Part shown: positions 58,910 through 64,000 of the stretch, piece by piece
How the letters are laid out: each line of letters starts with the position of its first letter
Numbering within the stretch: position 1 is the stretch's first letter
NCBI GenBank assembly: GCA_043557195.1
Contig: CP121314.1
Location: forward strand, 4,137,582 to 4,201,581
Source of the DNA: Flavobacteriaceae bacterium
GTDB taxonomy: Bacteria > Bacteroidota > Bacteroidia > Flavobacteriales > Flavobacteriaceae
Direction: 5' to 3'
Length of the DNA: 64,000 nucleotides
Program-made: the position numbers and the translations under genes
The notes under the pieces: model-generated
Seen by the model: only the letters and a program-made list of their open reading frames with translations
Told to the model about the DNA's origin: nothing
Database searches by the model: none

Positions 58910-60079
58910 CTATTGGCTAATGGCCTTTAAGTGTGCATACACAGGATTACCTTTAATCCGCATTTCAATTTTTCTTTCAAAAATCTTAATACCTTTTACG
59001 GCGTTAAGCTTGCCATCTGGCGAAAAGGCTTTTACCGCATAGAGCTCGCCATTTTCAGTAACAGCTTTTACGTTAATGATGTTTCCTTCACGACTGACAC
59101 CTTTTATATCGAGTTTTACGTTGTCTTCGGTTATGGCTTTAATGTCGTAAATAGTGCCATCTGCCCCAATGGCTTTTACAGGTGCATATTCATCTTCGCT
59201 GTCCATTATTTTAACCGGCAATTCTGCCTCCCCCTCGAATGCCTTAATATTCATAAAACTGTGCTGTTTAGAATCCTGAGTAGCTTTTACATCCAACATA
59301 TTGCCTTCGGCATCAAAAGCTTTTATGTCTAGGTTTTTACCATCGGTGGTTACGGCCTTAACATTCCAAATAATTCTTTTAAAATTAGGCTCGTATGGTG
59401 GCTTTGTACTATTTTTCTTTGGCATTACAAAGTTATCTTCGTTTGGTGCGGGATGCATTGCTTTTACGTGAGCGTAAATTTCGTGTCCCCTTGAGGTCAT
59501 TTCCTTATCCTGAGGGTTAATCTTTATGCCCTTAATATCATTGAGTTTTCCGGAAGGCGACATGGCTTTTACACCATAGAACTTTCCTTTTTTGGTAACA
59601 GCTTTCATTACAATAATATTTCCATGCCTTACAACGCCAATAATTTGATGCTGCTCTCCTTCTGGTGTTAAGGCCTTGAGTATATAGGCGTTTCCATTGC
59701 TATTAATGGCTACAACGGGACTGAACTGTTTTTTGCTTACCAGTATTTTAATAGGTAACCGCTCCCCTTCCATAAATGCTTTTACATTTAGCAATTGGTC
59801 TTGATTGGAGTTTTGAATAGCCTTTATGTCGAAAGCTTTTCCTTGGTCGTCAAAGGCTTTAACATCTAAGCTTTTTCCATCGGGTTGAATGGCTTTTACA
59901 TTCCAATAGATTGTGTTAAACGTATCAGCATCGTCGTTGTCATCGGTATCATCTAATTCAGTTTCATTATTATTAGCCTTTGAAGTGCTATTATTGCAAG
60001 ATGCAAGCACAAATAAGAATCCAAGAATAAAGAAACTATAACGGGTAATTTTGAGGCATGATTGGATTGAATTTTTCAT
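58910..60079 (-). CDS. Lipoprotein built from an internally duplicated array of short (V/I)KA-x-x-x-(D/E)G repeats
   Basis: Lipobox (VLASC) and an acidic linker (DDTDDNDDAD). Two colinear halves of about 160 aa follow (IYWNVKAIQPDGKSLDVKAFD... and IIWNVKAVTTDGKNLDIKAFD...). Confidence 0.7.
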   Translation of the reverse strand: MKNSIQSCLKITRYSFFILGFLFVLASCNNSTSKANNNETELDDTDDNDDADTFNTIYWNVKAIQPDGKSLDVKAFDDQGKAFDIKAIQNSNQDQLLNVKAFMEGERLPIKILVSKKQFSPVVAINSNGNAYILKALTPEGEQHQIIGVVRHGNIIVMKAVTKKGKFYGVKAMSPSGKLNDIKGIKINPQDKEMTSRGHEIYAHVKAMHPAPNEDNFVMPKKNSTKPPYEPNFKRIIWNVKAVTTDGKNLDIKAFDAEGNMLDVKATQDSKQHSFMNIKAFEGEAELPVKIMDSEDEYAPVKAIGADGTIYDIKAITEDNVKLDIKGVSREGNIINVKAVTENGELYAVKAFSPDGKLNAVKGIKIFERKIEMRIKGNPVYAHLKAISQ

Positions 60080-60243
60080 AATTAATATAACTTTAGAATT
60101 AGCCTAAATTATGAAAAGATGACACCATTTTTTATGATATTCGTCATGTAACACTTGCGTATATTGATGCTGCTGAACTCTTTAGGTGATTCGGTATAAA
60201 AACTCCTTCTCTTAGAGTCAAGAAACTATTGCCAAACCAAGTT

Positions 60244-61806
60244 TTAGTTTTTAATAAACTTGATAGTTTGTTCAGGATTATTACTATGAATATTTACCAA
60301 ATATACACCTCTACCTAATGAAGAAACATCGTAACTGTCTTGAATTGTATTAAAAACTTTAACAACGTTTCCTAAAATACTGCGCACTTCTACCCTTTCA
60401 ATAAGCGCATTAGTTTTTATGGTGAATTTTGAATTTGAAGGATTTGGAAACAATTTAATTTCGGAATAATAAATATTCTCAATACTGGATAATGTTGGAT
60501 CTTTATACTTGTATAGATTACCTGTACTAAAAAACAATTCACTGTTATGTACCGTCATTTTTCTGGAGTTAATAATATTTGGATAAGATCCGCCAATTTG
60601 TTGCGTGCCAGAAGGTGAGCCATCAGAACTCCAAAGTTTTATGACAGATGAGCTATTAGTAGCCTGAAAATATAATTTGTCATTGTAATCTATTAAATGT
60701 GTAATGTTTGCTGAAGTGCTAGGATTAACAACTAGCTCCATGGTATTTGCCGAAGTACCATCAGTAACCCATAGTTGATTACCAATACCACCACCATTCG
60801 CTTTAAAAAACAATTTTGAATTAGAAACTGTTAGATTGGTTGGATTAGAATCTGCTATACCAGGATTAATATTCCGAACCATTGAGGTGCCAATAATGGT
60901 TGTACCATTGGTAGACCACAATTCTCTACCATTATTGCCATCGTCAGCAGAAAAATATAAGCGACCGTTATATTCTTTAAAATCTGAAGGATTACTATCT
61001 CCATTGATATTTATATTTCTTAAAAGTGCACCACTACCTACTGTACCGTTAGACCTATAAAGTTCTCCAAAAGCATTGAAATAAATATTATTGTTGAAAG
61101 CTGTAATTTCTTGTGGATTACTACTTCCTGCTCCTAAATCTTTTACCAAAACAGTTCCTGATGCTGTACCGTCTGTCATCCATAATTCACGACCACTTGT
61201 GCCATCATCAGCTGAAAAATAGAGTTTACTATTTAACAAGCAGAAACCTAAAGGAAAAGAACTTGCAGCGCCTGGATTTATATCTTTTAACATAGTTGTT
61301 CCAGAAGAGGTACCGTCTGAAATCCATAATTCTTTTCCATTTACATCGTCTGAAGCTGCAAATATGAGACTGCCATTTAAAACGTACAAACCCTCTATTA
61401 AACTAGAGTTTCCATTACCGTTTATATCTTTTACAAGCACAGTACCACCATTGGTACCATCAGTCTTCCATAGTTCAAAGTTGTTACCACCATTCTTTGC
61501 TACAAAAAAAACAGTGGCATTAATTTCAGTAAATCTTCCTTGATCAGAACCACTATCACTATTTGCAGGAGCTATAAAGCTAGGATTGATATCCTTTAAT
61601 TTAAAAGTTCCGGATGAAGTACCATCGCTTATATAAGGTTCAGTATCATTAATACCCGGATTATCATCGGCATAAAGTAATAGTCCATGACTGGTTGAGG
61701 TGATACTATGTGCCTTTCCGTTAGTTGAAAAAAAAACGACTTGCGACACTTGAGCTTGAGAAATAATTGAAATTAATAAGAATAGAAAAAAGTAATTTTT
61801 TTTCAT
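60244..61806 (-). CDS. ELWxxDGT-repeat protein with T9SS type-A C-terminal sorting domain
   Basis: Repeats ELWKTDGTNGGT, ELWISDGTSSGT, ELWMTDGTASGT, ELWSTNGT, QLWVTDGTSANT and KLWSSDGSPSGT. The C-terminus (KLFPNPSNSKFTI...GVYLVNIH...IKFIKN) fits a type-A sorting domain. Confidence 0.8.
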   Translation of the reverse strand: MKKNYFFLFLLISIISQAQVSQVVFFSTNGKAHSITSTSHGLLLYADDNPGINDTEPYISDGTSSGTFKLKDINPSFIAPANSDSGSDQGRFTEINATVFFVAKNGGNNFELWKTDGTNGGTVLVKDINGNGNSSLIEGLYVLNGSLIFAASDDVNGKELWISDGTSSGTTMLKDINPGAASSFPLGFCLLNSKLYFSADDGTSGRELWMTDGTASGTVLVKDLGAGSSNPQEITAFNNNIYFNAFGELYRSNGTVGSGALLRNININGDSNPSDFKEYNGRLYFSADDGNNGRELWSTNGTTIIGTSMVRNINPGIADSNPTNLTVSNSKLFFKANGGGIGNQLWVTDGTSANTMELVVNPSTSANITHLIDYNDKLYFQATNSSSVIKLWSSDGSPSGTQQIGGSYPNIINSRKMTVHNSELFFSTGNLYKYKDPTLSSIENIYYSEIKLFPNPSNSKFTIKTNALIERVEVRSILGNVVKVFNTIQDSYDVSSLGRGVYLVNIHSNNPEQTIKFIKN

Positions 61807-61939
61807 AATAAATAGGTTTTAAGTATGAATTGGACTCAAATATATCTACCTATAACCATGAAAAAAGGGATGAGTTTATAATTGCTAGGTAATAATTGAT
61901 AAATGAATGTAATTTGGTAATAGCTGCTAATAAGGGACT

Positions 61940-62650
61940 TTAATTTAAAGCGTCTAAAAAATCGGAAACTAGTTTTACTTTTCTAGAAGATACAGGAATT
62001 TTGTCACCGTTTTTCATGATTATTCCCGTTTGAATGTGTCTGTTAAACAATTTTATATGATTCACGTTAACTAAATGGGTATTATGCACCCTGTAAAAGT
62101 TAAATTTTTCCAATAAATCCGTAAAATGTTTTAAGTTTTTTGATGCGGTATAAATGGTTTCAGTAGTTATTATTTTGGTGTAAGCACCGTCTGCTTCGCA
62201 CCGTATAATGTCATTAACATCAAGCAATATAGTGGTGTCTTGATTTTTGATAACTATTTTATCAATGTTATTAGATACGCTTTGAGAAGATGTATTCTCA
62301 GCTTGTAAATGATTAATAATTCGTATTAAATCGAAAGGGTTGATAGGTTTTAACAAATAGTCATATGGCCTATGTTTTATAGCTTCAATAGCATAATCTT
62401 TGTGCGCCGTTATAAAAATAAGTTTGAAATTAACTTCTGAAAAAAGAGCTAGCAAATCTAAACCTGTACCATCCCCCATTTCCATATCGAGCAATACAAC
62501 ATCTGGCTTAAAATCTATAATCAATTGATATGCAGATAAAACACTATTAGCTTGTTTAGTATTAAATGTGCTTTTAAAATTATGCGTAATAATAGCCTCA
62601 ATAGCATCTCTAGCAGCTTTATTATCATCTATAATGGCTATTTTTTGCAT
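61940..62650 (-). CDS. LytR/AlgR-family response regulator (REC plus LytTR DNA-binding domain)
   Basis: REC domain with DVVLLDMEMGDGTG, followed by a C-terminal LytTR pattern (FYRVHNTHLVN...PVSSRK). Confidence 0.9.
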   Translation of the reverse strand: MQKIAIIDDNKAARDAIEAIITHNFKSTFNTKQANSVLSAYQLIIDFKPDVVLLDMEMGDGTGLDLLALFSEVNFKLIFITAHKDYAIEAIKHRPYDYLLKPINPFDLIRIINHLQAENTSSQSVSNNIDKIVIKNQDTTILLDVNDIIRCEADGAYTKIITTETIYTASKNLKHFTDLLEKFNFYRVHNTHLVNVNHIKLFNRHIQTGIIMKNGDKIPVSSRKVKLVSDFLDALN

Positions 62651-62652
62651 AT

Positions 62653-64000
62653 CTATAAAATAGGAAGTTTTATAATAACTTGATAGGTGTTGTTTATTAT
62701 GCCGTAAGTTAAAAAATCTTTTGAAAGTTTATTTTTAGGATACGTATTAATAATACGCTGCTCTACCATTTGGTTGGAACGCGACTTATGCTTTTTATCT
62801 TCTTGCTTTACAATAGCTTCTCCATTATCGGTTATTTTAATTATAAGCTCATCACTCTTTTTTGAAACATGTATACTAATTTCAGCAGGTTTTTTAAGGT
62901 TGGCAAAGCCATGAATAAAACAGTTTTCTATAAAAGTTTGTGTAATTAATGCCGGAATGGATGCTGTTTTTAAAGACGCATCATTTTTAATTTTAAGATG
63001 TAGCGGTATATCCATTTTAAGTTCTTGAACATGGCAATATTGTTTGATAAAATTTAATTCTTCTTCAAGCGTCCAATTTGTATCAAAAGTAGAGTTTAAA
63101 ATATCTCTTATCATTTGAGACAAATCAGAGAGATATGCAGCAGCTTTGTTGGGGTCTGTTTTATCATATAAAAAAGGATAAATGGCATTTATACTATTGG
63201 AAATAAAATGCGGATTGAGTTGAGACCTATGTAAAGCAGCTTTTGTTTTAGCAAGGTTTAATTCTGATGCTAATATTTTATTCTTTCGTTTAAAATATAG
63301 AAAACTAAAAACACCAATACCTATTAAGCCTATAATACTTATGATAAAATAATTAGTTTTAGCCGTGTTTTTTATGGTTTCATTTTCTAGTTTTTGAGCT
63401 ATAATTTTTGATTCCTTTTTTTCGGTTTGGTATTTTATTTCTAGCTCGTTTAAAGCTTTAATTTGTCTTTCTTCTTTTGCTTTATCGTAATGCTCAGTCA
63501 TGATTTCATAATATTGGAGTGCTAAATCATGAATATTGGCAGTTTTACATATATAATAAGCTAAATGGTATCGTTCAGCTTGTTTATAAAAATTTGGCTC
63601 TTTTGAAATATCTTGTAGAATAGAATCTTTATAAAGTAAAGCTCTTGTTATATTGTTCTCTTTCAAGTAAACGTATGCCATTTTATTATATAAATTAAAT
63701 AAACTTGTTTGGTCTATTTTATCTCTGTAAGTCAACGCTTCATTATAATATATTTTGGCATCATAAATTTTATCATCAATAAAGTACATTTTACCTTTAG
63801 TTCCTAGAAGGTATGCTAATAACGAAGCATTATTAACCGATTTCCCATAATTAATTCCTTTTTCGGTGTAGTATAAAACGGAGTCTTTTAAGACTATGTT
63901 ATCAGGATTTCTAAATCGTTTTCTTTCAAAATAATCTACCATCGAAGAATAAATACCACTTTTAATACTTGCTGATATTTCAGTGTTTTTATTTTCAATA
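62653..64000 (-). CDS. LytS/YehU-type sensor histidine kinase with TPR-like N-terminal region (5' end outside the window)
   Basis: His_kinase motif RSQLNPHFISNSINAIY and a GHKL-like C-terminus. The reading frame stays open upstream of the Met at 63942 to the window edge. Confidence 0.85.
   Translation of the reverse strand, partial: IENKNTEISASIKSGIYSSMVDYFERKRFRNPDNIVLKDSVLYYTEKGINYGKSVNNASLLAYLLGTKGKMYFIDDKIYDAKIYYNEALTYRDKIDQTSLFNLYNKMAYVYLKENNITRALLYKDSILQDISKEPNFYKQAERYHLAYYICKTANIHDLALQYYEIMTEHYDKAKEERQIKALNELEIKYQTEKKESKIIAQKLENETIKNTAKTNYFIISIIGLIGIGVFSFLYFKRKNKILASELNLAKTKAALHRSQLNPHFISNSINAIYPFLYDKTDPNKAAAYLSDLSQMIRDILNSTFDTNWTLEEELNFIKQYCHVQELKMDIPLHLKIKNDASLKTASIPALITQTFIENCFIHGFANLKKPAEISIHVSKKSDELIIKITDNGEAIVKQEDKKHKSRSNQMVEQRIINTYPKNKLSKDFLTYGIINNTYQVIIKLPIL

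Overview
This is a low-GC chromosomal window from Bacteroidota, most likely Flavobacteriaceae. The lineage call rests on T9SS PorP/SprF, an SprB-repeat/PKD adhesin with a gliding-type C-terminal domain, T9SS-tailed proteins and a CarboxypepD_reg TonB receptor. Positions 1-41.5 kb are mainly conserved housekeeping: rpsA 3' end, recG, M1 aminopeptidase, a giant T9SS adhesin with its PorP/SprF partner, uvrD/pcrA-like helicase, tsaC, holA, ung, men genes, yebC-family, gcvT. Two local oddities stand out there. One is a diverged duplicate of the recG 3' end flanking a SulP transporter gene. The other is three copies of a GGGCGTTACCC...CAATCCCTAACGCG intergenic element. From about 41.5 to 57.4 kb the character changes to an accessory island of three gene modules on the minus strand. 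The modules are separated by a repeated non-coding module of about 250-340 nt and by junctions built on the core TTATGTAAAAT(AG) and its reverse complement. Imperfect direct repeats of about 45-50 bp lie at 41.95 and 57.33 kb. Module 1 is a tightly coupled AAA+ ATPase plus cytoplasmic S8 subtilase pair, which resembles IetAS and is the best candidate for a defence-type system. Module 2 is an AraC regulator, an ABM-ABM-SnoaL-SnoaL lipoprotein, an O-methyltransferase and a small membrane protein. Module 3 is a TonB-dependent receptor, an M29/NicX-like protein, an NCS1 permease and an orphan 406-aa protein. The right end encodes secreted repeat proteins and a LytTR two-component pair; the kinase is cut by the window edge. 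I recognised no rRNA, tRNA or CRISPR array by eye. All family assignments come from motif recognition in the supplied translations, with no database search.
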